DNA of 64,000 nucleotides. Source: Amaricoccus sp. (lineage in GTDB: Bacteria; Pseudomonadota; Alphaproteobacteria; Rhodobacterales; Rhodobacteraceae). This document shows, piece by piece, positions 40,584 through 50,874 of the stretch (within the stretch, counting starts at the first letter, position 1; each line of letters opens with the position of its first letter). The stretch spans positions 48,094-112,093 of the forward strand of contig JBMDWT010000033.1 in the NCBI GenBank assembly GCA_048594665.1. The letters run 5' to 3'. The translations under genes and the position numbers were made by a program. Under the pieces are notes generated by a model. That model worked only from the letters and a program-made list of their open reading frames with translations. It searched no databases and had not been told where the DNA came from.

Positions 40584-41852
40584 ATGACCCAAACGAAGCA
40601 GAAGCCCGCCGTTTCGCCCCTGGCACCGGCGGAGGGTTTTCCGGATCTGCCGGTCATCGCCGGTGTCCGTTTCGCCGCCATCGAGGCCGGGGTGCGTTAT
40701 CCCGGCCGACTGGATCTGATGCTGGCGGAGGTGGAGGCGGGCGCGTCAATCGCCGGTGTCTTCACCCGCTCGGCCACGCGCTCCGCGCCCGTGCTCTGGT
40801 GCGAGGAAAATCTGGCGACGCTCGGCGAGGATGCGACCCCCTCGGGCTTTGCCATTCTGGTGAATTCCGGCAACTCCAATGCCTTTACCGGAGCGGTCGG
40901 GCGGCGTGCCGTGCAGGAGACGGTCGAGGCCACCTCCGCCGCCCTGGGGATCCCGCCCGGGCATGTGTTCATCGCCTCGACCGGCGTCATCGGCGAGCCG
41001 CTGCCCTTTGAACGCATCACCTCTCAGCTTCCCGCCCTGCGGGACCGGCTGGAGGCCGGGGCGGCGGAGCAGGCGGCGCGCGCGATCATGACCACCGACA
41101 CCTTTCCCAAGGGCGCCACGGTCGCGGTCGAGATAGAGGGAACCCAGGTCCTGATCTCCGGCTTTGCCAAGGGGTCGGGTATGATCGCTCCCGACATGGC
41201 GACGATGCTCGTCTTCATCTTTACCGATGCCGCGATTGCGCGGGAACCGCTTCAGGCGATGGTGTCGGAACTGAATGCGACGACCTTCAACTGCATCACC
41301 GTCGATGGCGATACATCCACCTCCGACAGCCTGATCCTGGCCGCGACCGGCAAGGCCGGAATGGCAACGATCGAGACTTTGGACGATCCCCGCGCCGCCG
41401 CTTTCCGGGAAGGTCTGGCAACGGTCATGCGGGATCTCGCCCATCAGGTCGTTCGCGATGGCGAGGGGGCCACGAAGTTTGTCGAGGTCGCGGTAACCGG
41501 GGCGGCATCCGATCAGGCCGCCTGGAAGATCGGCATGGCGATTGCGAATTCACCCCTGGTCAAGACGGCGATCGCGGGCGAGGATCCGAACTGGGGTCGT
41601 ATCGTCATGGCGGTCGGCAAATCCGGCGAGGCCGCGGACCGGGATCGGCTTGCCATCAGGTTCGGTGATATCCGCGTGGCCGAAAACGGCGCGGTGGCGC
41701 CGGACTATGCCGAAGCCGCGGGAGCGGCCTATATGAAACAGTCGGATCTGGTGATCGGGGTCGATATTGGCATCGGATCCGGGGCGGCGACGGTCTGGAC
41801 CTGCGACCTGACGCACCGATATATCGAAATCAACGCGGACTATCGTTCGTGA
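40584..41852 (+). CDS. argJ: Ornithine acetyltransferase ArgJ
   Basis: NSGNSNAFTG, STGVIG, KGSGMIAPDMAT, DTSTSD, DGEGATK, INADYRS. Confidence 0.97.
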   Translation: MTQTKQKPAVSPLAPAEGFPDLPVIAGVRFAAIEAGVRYPGRLDLMLAEVEAGASIAGVFTRSATRSAPVLWCEENLATLGEDATPSGFAILVNSGNSNAFTGAVGRRAVQETVEATSAALGIPPGHVFIASTGVIGEPLPFERITSQLPALRDRLEAGAAEQAARAIMTTDTFPKGATVAVEIEGTQVLISGFAKGSGMIAPDMATMLVFIFTDAAIAREPLQAMVSELNATTFNCITVDGDTSTSDSLILAATGKAGMATIETLDDPRAAAFREGLATVMRDLAHQVVRDGEGATKFVEVAVTGAASDQAAWKIGMAIANSPLVKTAIAGEDPNWGRIVMAVGKSGEAADRDRLAIRFGDIRVAENGAVAPDYAEAAGAAYMKQSDLVIGVDIGIGSGAATVWTCDLTHRYIEINADYRS

Positions 41853-41865
41853 AAAGGCTGTCGCC

Positions 41866-42264
41866 GTGAAGCTGGTTCTGGTCGCGGCTGTTGCCCTGAT
41901 CGATCCCGACGGGCGCGTGCTGCTTGCACAGCGTCCCGAGGGGCGGTCGATGGCGGGCCTTTGGGAGTTCCCCGGCGGCAAGATCGAATCAGGGGAAACG
42001 CCCGAGGCCGCCCTGATTCGCGAACTCGAGGAGGAACTCGGGATCGGAACCTGGGCAAGCTGTCTCGCACCCCTGACTTTTGCGAGCCATGCCTATGAGG
42101 ATTTCCACCTGCTGATGCCTTTGTTTGCCTGCCGGAAGTGGGAAGGCATACCGCGCGCGCGCGAACATCAGGTTCTGCGCTGGGTTCGGGTTGAGGAGCT
42201 TTCGCGCTATCCCATGCCCCCCGCGGACCGTCCGATTATTCCGATCCTGCGGGATTGGCTCTGA
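41866..42264 (+). CDS. mutT: 8-oxo-dGTP diphosphatase MutT
   Basis: Nudix box WEFPGGKIESGETPEAALIRELEEELG. Confidence 0.92.
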   Translation: MKLVLVAAVALIDPDGRVLLAQRPEGRSMAGLWEFPGGKIESGETPEAALIRELEEELGIGTWASCLAPLTFASHAYEDFHLLMPLFACRKWEGIPRAREHQVLRWVRVEELSRYPMPPADRPIIPILRDWL

Positions 42265-42660
42265 CAACCGGCAGATTCGCACTCCTCCTGTTGCATATCT
42301 GTCGCTTAGAAATCGTTTCATTAAATCAATATATTTCTGTAGTAACTTGTAGGTTACTTGAATTTCATCTTTATTTTCTTGATAAGCGCTGTTCCAAGGC
42401 TGCGAAGGCTCTCAGATAGCAGAAAATCCTACAACCTTCGGTTTTGTTCAAGCGAAAATCCCTTACGAAATTTCGCATATTGGATTCTTCTCATTATTTT
42501 CGTGCGCAGTCGCAGCATGGCGTCCGATCGGTACGAAGGTTGGATACAGCGTTAACGAATTATTCGTGACAGTTTGTTAAACATACTTTATTGCTGACCC
42601 AACAGCGGGCAGCTCAGCCCGATAACAAACGGCCTCGGGCCTCCAAGGGGTGGACATAAA

Positions 42661-42858
42661 ATGTACCAGACTATCCAGGTTTCCAGCTGTATCTCGATCC
42701 AGGGTGAGTTCGTCGAAACGCTTGCCTCCGGCGAAATCATCGTCCGGGATGGTGGCACCGAATATCGCGGTCGTCCGATCTCGCGTCTCAAGGCCGGCGC
42801 CGCCGCTCCCCTGATCGTCCGCATGGACATCGGTCGCGCAGCTCCGGAGCATATCTAA
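42661..42858 (+). CDS. Small hypothetical protein (65 aa, beta-rich)
   Basis: GGGGTGGA RBS-like upstream, plausible codon usage, followed by a hairpin with T-tract. Confidence 0.6.
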   Translation: MYQTIQVSSCISIQGEFVETLASGEIIVRDGGTEYRGRPISRLKAGAAAPLIVRMDIGRAAPEHI

Positions 42859-42916
42859 GCCAACTTAAAACCGAGGAGCGAGGTCTACTTGCTCCCAGAC
42901 GACCAGGACTTTGAAG

Positions 42917-42966
42917 CGGCCGACAGATGCGCGATAAAGGCGCACCCTCGTCGGCCGATTGTTTTT
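42917..42966 (+). terminator. Nested hairpin plus T-rich tract after the small gene
   Basis: cggccgac...gtcggccg outer stem, tgcgc/gcgca inner stem, then attgttttt. Confidence 0.45.
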
Positions 42967-43024
42967 AAGCTATCCTCAATCGAATGAAGCCCATCCGACG
43001 ACCCAGCGGGGGCCCCCGGAGGCG

Positions 43025-44083
43025 TTACACCCAGCCCGACATCTCGCGTTCGAGAATCGCCATGATCATGTCGATATGCGCGGAATCGTCGTTCAGGCAG
43101 GGGATATAGGTGAATTCCCCACCGCCCGCGTGGTGGAAGCTCTCCTGAATCTCGCCATTGATTTCTTCCAGAGTCTCCACGCAGTCCGAGGAGAAGGCAG
43201 GCGCCATCACCGCGATGCGTTTGACCCCGGTCGAGGCGAGCCGGGCGACCTCCTCGACGGTATAGGGTTTCAACCATTCCTCGGGTCCGAATTTCGACTG
43301 GAAGGTCACGGCGACTTCCGCCTCGGTGAAACCCAGCCGGGCGCGGAGCAATCGCGTCGTCTTGCGGCAATGGCAATGATAGGGATCGCCCTCGGTCAGA
43401 TAACGCTCCGGCATCCCATGATAGCTGGTCAACAGGATATCGGGGCGATGGTCGAGCTTGGCATAGGTACGCTCGACGGACTGCGCCAGCGCCTCAATAT
43501 AGAGCGGATGGTCGTGATAGGCGGGCACGGTCCGGATGCTCGGCTGCCATTTCATCTTCATCAGCGCCCGGAAGGCCTGGTCATTGGCGGTCGCGGTCGT
43601 CGGCGCGGAATATTGCGGATAGAGCGGGAAAAAGACGATTCGCTCGCACCCCTGGTCCTTGAGCTTTCGGATGACCGATTCCGTCGAAGGATTGCCATAG
43701 CGCATGGCGAAATCGACCCGCACCCGGTCGCCATGACGTTCGGCCATGCGCGCGGCCACCGCCTCGGCCTGGGCCCGCGTCGTGGTCAGGAGAGGGCTCT
43801 CATTCAGCTCGGTGTTCCAGATCCCCGCGTAGTTCCGGCCGGAGCTGCGCGGGCGCTTGCTCAGGATCACCAGTTGCAGCAGAGGCTGCCAGAGCCAGGG
43901 CGAATAATCGATGACCCTGCGATCCGAGAGAAATTCGCTCAGATAGCGCCGCATCGACCAGTAGTCGGTGGCATCGGGCGTGCCAAGATTGGAGAGCACC
44001 ACCCCGATTCGGGCGGCCGGAAGCCGCGGATGGTCGGGAGCGGCATGGGCGGGACGATCATCGTCGACGGGGTTTCTGCTCAT
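43025..44083 (-). CDS. hemH: Ferrochelatase
   Basis: NLGTPD, YLSEFLSDRRV, MRYGNP, PLYPQYS, SYHG, FQSKFG, DCVETLEEI; start uncertain. Confidence 0.96.
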   Translation of the reverse strand: MSRNPVDDDRPAHAAPDHPRLPAARIGVVLSNLGTPDATDYWSMRRYLSEFLSDRRVIDYSPWLWQPLLQLVILSKRPRSSGRNYAGIWNTELNESPLLTTTRAQAEAVAARMAERHGDRVRVDFAMRYGNPSTESVIRKLKDQGCERIVFFPLYPQYSAPTTATANDQAFRALMKMKWQPSIRTVPAYHDHPLYIEALAQSVERTYAKLDHRPDILLTSYHGMPERYLTEGDPYHCHCRKTTRLLRARLGFTEAEVAVTFQSKFGPEEWLKPYTVEEVARLASTGVKRIAVMAPAFSSDCVETLEEINGEIQESFHHAGGGEFTYIPCLNDDSAHIDMIMAILEREMSGWV

Positions 44084-44135
44084 GGCTGCGTCATACATGG
44101 GGGCGGTATCCTCGACAATGCCGTTCAATTTTGGT

Positions 44136-44990
44136 TCAGGGGCGGGGCTTGCCGTCCGTGCCCTGCTCATGGGTTCCGAGTGCATCGGCGAGGCGTGCCT
44201 TGGCCGATCCGGGTCGCAGGGCGCGTGGCTGATCGGGAGAGGGTGCCCAACCCGTCAGAAACACCACTTCGAAGGTCGCCGGCACTCTTCCGTCCGCCGT
44301 CCCGAATCGTTCTGCGTAAGTCCGCGCGGCAAGGGCCAGCATATCGCGGCGCATCGGGCGGCGCAGGCGCTCGGTCATCACATTGGTTTCCCCCATTGCC
44401 CGCAGATCCCGCATCAGATCGACGGCGGAGGGATAGGTCACGTCGTAGCGGGACGAATCGGCGACCGGCATTGCGAATCCGGCCCGCCCCAGCAGCCCCC
44501 CAAGCTCACGGATTTCCCCCATGGGCGCGATTCGCGGGCTGAGTCCGCCGAGGCATTCGATTTCGGCGGCGGCTAATGATTGGCGCAATTCCTGCAATGT
44601 TTCGCCCGCGAAGAGCGCTGCGATCAACAGACCGTCGGGCCGGAGGGCGCGGCGCGATTGCGCCAGTTGGCCGACGGGATCATTGGCCCAGTGCAGCGCA
44701 AGCGCATGGACCACGAGATCCGCGCTCTCGGGCCGCAGATCGAGCGTGTCCGTGTCGGGAATGAGGCGGGGAGGGGGGAGTCCCGCGTTCCCGAGGATTT
44801 CAGCCCAGAGTGGTCCGCGTGGCCCGATGACGACCGGATCGCGAAAGCTCCTGTTAATCTCGCTGAGCCTTTCTGACACCTCATGTGCGACCGCTTCGCG
44901 CAGGAAGTCGGCCTTTCCGGGTCCCCGCGCCGCGCGGTCCCGGCGGCGGGCGAGCAATTCGGGATCGAACAGGGTGGGCGGTGACTGCAT
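44136..44990 (-). CDS. SAM-dependent methyltransferase (BioC/NDUFAF5-like)
   Basis: LALHWANDPVG, GETLQELRQS, RIAPM, DLRAMGE, ATFEVVFLTGW. Confidence 0.85.
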   Translation of the reverse strand: MQSPPTLFDPELLARRRDRAARGPGKADFLREAVAHEVSERLSEINRSFRDPVVIGPRGPLWAEILGNAGLPPPRLIPDTDTLDLRPESADLVVHALALHWANDPVGQLAQSRRALRPDGLLIAALFAGETLQELRQSLAAAEIECLGGLSPRIAPMGEIRELGGLLGRAGFAMPVADSSRYDVTYPSAVDLMRDLRAMGETNVMTERLRRPMRRDMLALAARTYAERFGTADGRVPATFEVVFLTGWAPSPDQPRALRPGSAKARLADALGTHEQGTDGKPRP

Positions 44991-45024
44991 CGGACTTACC
45001 TCACGCCGCGGGACATAGGGGCTT

Positions 45025-45816
45025 ATGACGCGCTTTGCCATGCTGGATGCGGTGAAAACCGCGGTTATCAACACGATCTATCCGCCGCGGTGCATCGCCT
45101 GCGCCGGGCAAACCGACGCGGCGCATGGATTGTGCGCGACCTGCTGGCGGGAGACCCATTTCATCTCGGGGCCCGCCTGCCTGAAATGTGGCGTGCCGCT
45201 GGTCGGGGACGGTGGAGCAGGGGATTGCTGCGAGACCTGCGCGACAACCCCCCCCTCCTGGGATCGGGGCGCGGCCGCGGTGCTTTACCGCGGCTCGGCG
45301 CGGTCGGTGATCCTGGGGCTCAAGCACGGAGATCGGCTGGATATGGTCAGGCCTCTCGCGGGATGGCTCCGGACCGCCGGAGCCGAGTTGCTGGAGGCGG
45401 CCGACCTGATCGCCCCGGTGCCGCTTCATTGGCGCAGGTTGCTGAAACGTCGGTACAACCAGTCCGCCGAACTGGCGCGGCATCTCGGGGCGCTGTCGCA
45501 TCGGCGCACGGTTCCGGATCTCCTGACGCGGCGTCGGTTCACGACCCCTCAGGAGCATATGGGCCCAGAGGAACGCCGGAAGAATCAGGCCGGGGCGTTC
45601 GAAGTGACACGACGGCATCGCGCCCTGGTGACGGGCAAATCGATAGTGTTGATTGACGACGTTCTGACGACCGGCGCCACCTTGTCCTCCTGCGCCGATG
45701 CGCTCCGCGAGGCGGGAGTGATCCGGGTCGACGTTCTGGCCCTTGCACGCGTTGCCATGGATGAACAGGTGAGTATACTCAGGCAACCTCACAGTCAGGA
45801 CACCGAATGCCCCTGA
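45025..45816 (+). CDS. comF: ComF family protein (double zinc ribbon + PRTase)
   Basis: CxxC x4, PVPLHWRR, RRYNQS, LIDDVLTTGAT. Confidence 0.9.
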   Translation: MTRFAMLDAVKTAVINTIYPPRCIACAGQTDAAHGLCATCWRETHFISGPACLKCGVPLVGDGGAGDCCETCATTPPSWDRGAAAVLYRGSARSVILGLKHGDRLDMVRPLAGWLRTAGAELLEAADLIAPVPLHWRRLLKRRYNQSAELARHLGALSHRRTVPDLLTRRRFTTPQEHMGPEERRKNQAGAFEVTRRHRALVTGKSIVLIDDVLTTGATLSSCADALREAGVIRVDVLALARVAMDEQVSILRQPHSQDTECP

Positions 45817-46064
45817 TCACACTTTATACGACCCCTTTTTGCGGGTATTGCGCGGCCGCGAAGCGTCTATTGGCGCAGAAAGGCGTCAGTTATACCGAAA
45901 TCGACGTATCCGAGGACCCGGAACGCCGGGCGGAGATGGTGAAACGGTCGGGCGGCGGTCGGACGGTTCCGCAGATCTTTTTTGGCGAGAGACATATCGG
46001 GGGGTTCGACGATATGAACGCGCTTGAGCGGTCGGGAAAGCTCGATCCTCTCCTGGCGGATTGA
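45807..46064 (+). CDS. grxC: Glutaredoxin 3
   Basis: CGYC active site, TVPQIF, GGFDD. Confidence 0.95.
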   Translation: MPLITLYTTPFCGYCAAAKRLLAQKGVSYTEIDVSEDPERRAEMVKRSGGGRTVPQIFFGERHIGGFDDMNALERSGKLDPLLAD

Positions 46065-46068
46065 ACCT

Positions 46069-46923
46069 GTGCGGGTGGGGCTCGTCCAGCTTTGTGCATC
46101 CGACGATCCGAAGGCGAATCTCCCCGTCACCGAAGGCCTGATCCGGGAAGCCGCCGCCGCTGGCGCACGGCTGATCCTGACTCCGGAGGTCACGAATATC
46201 GTGTCATCCAGCAGAGCGCGGCAACGCGCGGTTCTCGCGATCGAAACCGAGGACGAAACCCTGGCCCGACTGCGAGAGGTGGCGGAGGCGTTGGGCGTGT
46301 GGCTTCTCCTGGGTAGTCTCGCCGTCAAGACCGATGATCCCGATGGACGTTTTGCCAACCGGTCCTTCCTGATCGATCCCGGTGGAGAGATCGTGGCGAA
46401 GTACGACAAGATCCATATGTTCGATGTCGAACTGGCCGGAGGAGAGAGCTACCGTGAGTCGGCGGGCTTCCGGCCGGGAGAGCGAGCCGTGGTGGCCCGG
46501 GCGGATGACGTCGCATTGGGCCTTAGCATCTGCTATGATATTCGGTTCCCCGGGCTGTATCGGACTCTCGCCCAGGCGGGCGCGACCGTGCTCGCAATTC
46601 CGGCCGCGTTCACGGTACCGACGGGGCAAGCCCACTGGCATGCCCTGTTGCGCGCCCGTGCGATCGAAACAGGCTGTTTTGTGCTCGCACCGGCCCAGTC
46701 CGGCACACATGCGGCGGTGGAAGGGGTATCGCGCCGAACCTATGGGCATAGCCTTGCCGTGTCGCCTTGGGGCGAGGTGATCGCGGATGGGCAGGAAGGA
46801 ATTGGCCTGACGCTGGTTGATCTCGATCTCTCAGAGGTCAACAAGGCCCGGAGGATGATCCCCTCCCTTGAGCACGATCGCGTGTACGAGGCAGCCATCC
46901 CTCTCGTTTTGGAAGTTTCGTGA
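46069..46923 (+). CDS. Carbon-nitrogen hydrolase (Nit family)
   Basis: LTPE, YDKIHMFDV, ICYDIRFP catalytic triad, RARAIE, YGHS. Confidence 0.92.
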   Translation: MRVGLVQLCASDDPKANLPVTEGLIREAAAAGARLILTPEVTNIVSSSRARQRAVLAIETEDETLARLREVAEALGVWLLLGSLAVKTDDPDGRFANRSFLIDPGGEIVAKYDKIHMFDVELAGGESYRESAGFRPGERAVVARADDVALGLSICYDIRFPGLYRTLAQAGATVLAIPAAFTVPTGQAHWHALLRARAIETGCFVLAPAQSGTHAAVEGVSRRTYGHSLAVSPWGEVIADGQEGIGLTLVDLDLSEVNKARRMIPSLEHDRVYEAAIPLVLEVS

Positions 46924-47387
46924 CTCAAGACACGACTCGTGACCCGATGGTCATTGTTTTCTTCAGTGAAATCGTAATGATCGAACAGCTTGCACGCAGT
47001 CGCCTGTCTCGGGCTCTACCCAAAGGCATGGAGCTGTCCCATTTCATGGTCTTGAATCACTTTGCACGCCTGGGTGGCGAAAAAACGCCTGCGCAACTTG
47101 CCCGCATTTTTCACGTTTCAAAAGGCGCAATGACGAATACAATGCAACGGCTGGAAGATGCTGGCTATATCCATATTCGCCCTGATTGGGACGACGCACG
47201 GCGAAAATGGGTGAGTATTAGCCCGGCTGGACAGGCGGCGCGCGATCGCGCAGTTATCGCGATGGCACCCGTGTTTGACGATGTTTTGGCAGTGCTTGGA
47301 GTTCAAAGTCTAAGAAGTGCTTTGCCGGCGCTTAGGGCAATAAGGGCTATACTTGGGGCGGATGAAAGTGCATTAACCCCGAGGTGA
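46920..47387 (+). CDS. MarR family transcriptional regulator
   Basis: wHTH TPAQLA...SKGAMTNTMQRLE, DARRK. Confidence 0.88.
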   Translation: MTQDTTRDPMVIVFFSEIVMIEQLARSRLSRALPKGMELSHFMVLNHFARLGGEKTPAQLARIFHVSKGAMTNTMQRLEDAGYIHIRPDWDDARRKWVSISPAGQAARDRAVIAMAPVFDDVLAVLGVQSLRSALPALRAIRAILGADESALTPR

Positions 47388-47448
47388 GTTCGGTAAGCGG
47401 GCAATAGAATACGCTTATATTATCGGATTAATTTGAAGAGGGGCAGAG

Positions 47449-48228
47449 GTGAGCAATATCAAAACTGTCCTGATACTTGGAAGCGCGCCAGATGTATTGG
47501 ATGCCCGAGAGTGGGGCCGCGATGGAATCGATCAGATCGTCGCCATCAACAACGCTTGGCGGGTTCGCGATGACTGGGATAGGTTGCTGCATCCGGAGGA
47601 TTTTCCTATCGAGCGACGGCCGACCCGTCTGCGCAAGGCTCAGGTCATACACACTTATCTGGACTATGTACCCGCGGTGAATGACTTTGGGGGATTTGTC
47701 TTTTGTGGCGGTACGATGGCCTTCACTGTCGGCTATTGGGCCCTTCGGGCTCTTCGTCCCCAACTGATTGCCTATTTCGGCTGTGACATGAATTATACAC
47801 AGTCGGGAAACACGCATTTCTATGGGATCGGCAATCCGGACCCCATCCGGCCCGATCCAACGCTCCAAAGTCTCGAGGCAAAATCTGCCCGGCTCCACTT
47901 GCTGGCCGCTTCGCAGGGGTGTGCCATCGTCAATCTCTCCGAAAACGAAACCAGCCGCCTGGTCTTTCCTCGGTTACAGCACGAGGAGCTTGCGGAATGG
48001 ACCCCGGCGGACACTCAGGACTATTACAGCCATATTCTTGGCGGGGGAGTTCGGGCGACGATTGGGAATATTCGAAGGGCCGAAAACAGTCTCGGCTATG
48101 ATGCTCCATCCGGAAAATATTGGGAAGAACTCAGGCGCTTTGATCCGAAGCTTTTGCGGTCCATAGACGATCAATGGCTCGCCGCGTTCTCGGCGTTCGA
48201 GGCAAGGATCAAATGGGCGGCGGCTTGA
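47449..48228 (+). CDS. Hypothetical protein, possibly glycosyltransferase-like
   Basis: ILGSAP, AINNAW, FGCDM, HFYG motifs recall GT29/DUF115-type folds; family not certain. Confidence 0.55.
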   Translation: MSNIKTVLILGSAPDVLDAREWGRDGIDQIVAINNAWRVRDDWDRLLHPEDFPIERRPTRLRKAQVIHTYLDYVPAVNDFGGFVFCGGTMAFTVGYWALRALRPQLIAYFGCDMNYTQSGNTHFYGIGNPDPIRPDPTLQSLEAKSARLHLLAASQGCAIVNLSENETSRLVFPRLQHEELAEWTPADTQDYYSHILGGGVRATIGNIRRAENSLGYDAPSGKYWEELRRFDPKLLRSIDDQWLAAFSAFEARIKWAAA

Positions 48229-48235
48229 GATGCCG

Positions 48236-48991
48236 TCAGGCCCGGGGGCGGACACTGGCAGTGACATAATTCACCGAAAGATCACGGTCGGATATCCGCC
48301 AGCTCCAGGCAATGGGATTGAAGACAAAGCCCTTGCGATCGACCGGCTCAAGCCCCGCCCGGGTGATAAGATCGAAGAGTTCGTCGGGCGTCAGAAACCT
48401 GCGCCAGTCGTGGGTTCCCTTGGGCAGCCAGCGCATCACATGTTCCGCGCCGATGATCGCCATGACGAAGCTTTTGGGATTTCGGTTCAGCGTCGAGCAG
48501 ATCATCAGCCCGCCCGGTTTCAACAGATCGTGACAGGCGGTCAGGTAGGCCAGCGGATCGGCCACATGTTCGACTACCTCCATGTTCAGAACCACGTCGA
48601 ACCGTTCCCCGGCCTCGGCCAGAGCCTCCGCGGTCGTGTGCCGGTAATCGATGGCAAGGCCGGACTGTTCGGCATGGAGCCGGGCCACGGGAATGTTTCG
48701 CGGGGCCGCGTCCGCTCCCACCACCTCCGCGCCCAGCCGGGCCATCGGTTCCGAAAGCAGCCCGCCGCCGCAACCGATATCGAGAAGCCGCAAGCCTTCG
48801 AACGGGCGGGATGCCTTGGCGTCGCGCCCGAATTCCGCGCAGATCTGGTCGATCACATAATCCAGACGGCAGGGGTTGAGCATGTGCAGGGGCTTGAACT
48901 TGCCGTTCGGATCCCACCATTCGGCGGCCATCGCCTCGAACTTCGCGACCTCGCCCGCGTCGATCGTTCCCGTGGAGGACGTTGCAACCAT
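48236..48991 (-). CDS. ubiG: Ubiquinone biosynthesis O-methyltransferase UbiG
   Basis: [40 protein letters not shown]. Confidence 0.96.
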   Translation of the reverse strand: MVATSSTGTIDAGEVAKFEAMAAEWWDPNGKFKPLHMLNPCRLDYVIDQICAEFGRDAKASRPFEGLRLLDIGCGGGLLSEPMARLGAEVVGADAAPRNIPVARLHAEQSGLAIDYRHTTAEALAEAGERFDVVLNMEVVEHVADPLAYLTACHDLLKPGGLMICSTLNRNPKSFVMAIIGAEHVMRWLPKGTHDWRRFLTPDELFDLITRAGLEPVDRKGFVFNPIAWSWRISDRDLSVNYVTASVRPRA

Positions 48992-49041
48992 TTTGCCAAC
49001 CTGCGATTGTCTAGACTCTCGTCGAGATACATAGTGCGGTC

Positions 49042-50016
49042 ATGAAAGAAAACCCAAACCCGGGCGGAAGTGGTCCTCGCAGCGGTCTCTATCCGCCGAT
49101 CGAACCCTTTCGTCAGCAGATACTGGACATGCCGGGGGGGCATCGCGTCTATGTGGAGCAATGTGGCCGGCCCGATGGCGATCCCGTCGTGGTGCTGCAT
49201 GGCGGGCCCGGAGGCGGCTGCTCGCCGGGGATGCGGCGCTTCTTCGATCCCTCCCACTATCGGGTGATCCTCTTCGATCAACGCGGATGTGGCCGGTCAG
49301 GGCCGAGCGCCTCGGTCGAGAACAATACGACCTGGGATCTGGTGGCGGATATCGAGCGGATCCGGGTCGAACTCGGGATACCGGCCTGGACGGTCTTTGG
49401 CGGCTCGTGGGGGGCATGCCTTGCCCTGATCTATGCCCAGACCCATCCGGATCGGGTCAAGGCCCTGGTCCTCAGGGGGGTCTTCACGATGACCCAAGGG
49501 GAACTCGACTGGTTCTATGGCGGCGGGGCCGGGGCGTTCTGGCCGGAACAATGGGCCTCCTTCTCGAACATGGTTCCGAGAGAGGAGCGGGCCGACCTGA
49601 TCGCGGCCTATCATGTCCGGCTGTTCGGCGAGGATTCCGTCGAACAGGCGCGGTTTGCCCGGGCCTGGGCGGGATGGGAGAGCGCGCTCGCGGTCCTCGA
49701 TCCGGGCGAGGGGCGGGGCTATCCGTCCGGCTCCTATGCGCTCGCCTTCTCCCGGCTGGAGAATCATTATTTCATCAATGGCGGCTTCCTGGAGGGGGAC
49801 GGCCATATCCTGCGGAATATGCCGAGGATCGCGGATCTGCCGGGATATATCGTTCAGGGCAGGTATGACATGATCTGTCCCCCCCATACGGCCTATGCCC
49901 TGCATCAGGCCTGGCCCGCGTCGGAGCTGAGCATGATCCCGACGGCGGGTCATGCGCTGTCCGAGCCGGGGATCAGCGCCGAACTGGTGGCGATCATGGA
50001 TCGCCTGCGCGGCTAG
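49042..50016 (+). CDS. pip: Proline iminopeptidase
   Basis: HGGPGGG, FDQRGCGRS, GGSWG nucleophile, QGRYD, AGH. Confidence 0.95.
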   Translation: MKENPNPGGSGPRSGLYPPIEPFRQQILDMPGGHRVYVEQCGRPDGDPVVVLHGGPGGGCSPGMRRFFDPSHYRVILFDQRGCGRSGPSASVENNTTWDLVADIERIRVELGIPAWTVFGGSWGACLALIYAQTHPDRVKALVLRGVFTMTQGELDWFYGGGAGAFWPEQWASFSNMVPREERADLIAAYHVRLFGEDSVEQARFARAWAGWESALAVLDPGEGRGYPSGSYALAFSRLENHYFINGGFLEGDGHILRNMPRIADLPGYIVQGRYDMICPPHTAYALHQAWPASELSMIPTAGHALSEPGISAELVAIMDRLRG

Positions 50017-50097
50017 CCTTGGAATTGTCCGCGCTTGGCGAGCGGGCAACCATTTGATATGTATAGGAAATTCAAAAAGCTTCGTTTGGCGTCCCGG

Positions 50098-50595
50098 TCA
50101 GTGCAGCGTCGGGCTGGGGCCGACGGTCAGGTACTGCATGGCCCGCGAGGTCAGGGCGTCGATCCCGGCCTCGTCAAAGCCCGCGTAGGCGCAGACATGG
50201 TTCAGGGCCGGAAACCAGCGTTTAGAGAGCAAACGGTTCAACTGTCCGGGGTAAACCTCGTGACGGTTCCGGGCCGGCAGATGGGTGGGCATGAAACACA
50301 TGGTGATCGCCTGAAGCCCGGTCGTGCGCTTGTCCAGGAAATAGAGCCAGAACGGGAATTTCTCGTCCAGCCGCCGCACGAAGGCCCGCACCTCCTCGAT
50401 CTCGAAAACCTCGCGCGGGTCGTCCTCATATCCCTCGAACTGGACTTCGACCTGTTCACAGGCCTTACGGACCGAAGCCGAATTCTGGAGAAGGATCGTG
50501 AGGGAGGCGAGCGCGCTGGACAGGTTTCTGTCCTCGATCTCCTCGCGGGAAATCATCAAGGTCAGGGACGGAGCGGTCACAGTGGACAGTTTCAT
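50098..50595 (-). CDS. CRR6/DUF1817-like protein
   Basis: FEGYEDDPREVFEIEEVRAFVRRLDEKFPFWLYFL resembles the CRR6 core motif. Confidence 0.65.
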   Translation of the reverse strand: MKLSTVTAPSLTLMISREEIEDRNLSSALASLTILLQNSASVRKACEQVEVQFEGYEDDPREVFEIEEVRAFVRRLDEKFPFWLYFLDKRTTGLQAITMCFMPTHLPARNRHEVYPGQLNRLLSKRWFPALNHVCAYAGFDEAGIDALTSRAMQYLTVGPSPTLH

Positions 50596-50874
50596 GGCAA
50601 AGCCCTTCGTTGTGGATCAAAGCCGTTCGATCCATGCCGCCGGGACGGCTTGGCTCTCATTTGCCCTGTCCTGATTAACGGTTTGCCGCGGAAAATGTTC
50701 CTTGGTCAAGTATAACCAATTGGTGTTTATATCAAATTCATCTCAGAAGCATCGGATTGGCCAAGGCGGTTCACAGGCTCCATCTTATTGCGACGCACAA
50801 GAATGGTTAAGCCGCGCGGCGCGGATCGGGGAGCTGGAGCCCTGTCAAAAAGTCCTGACACAGGAGACACGCGC

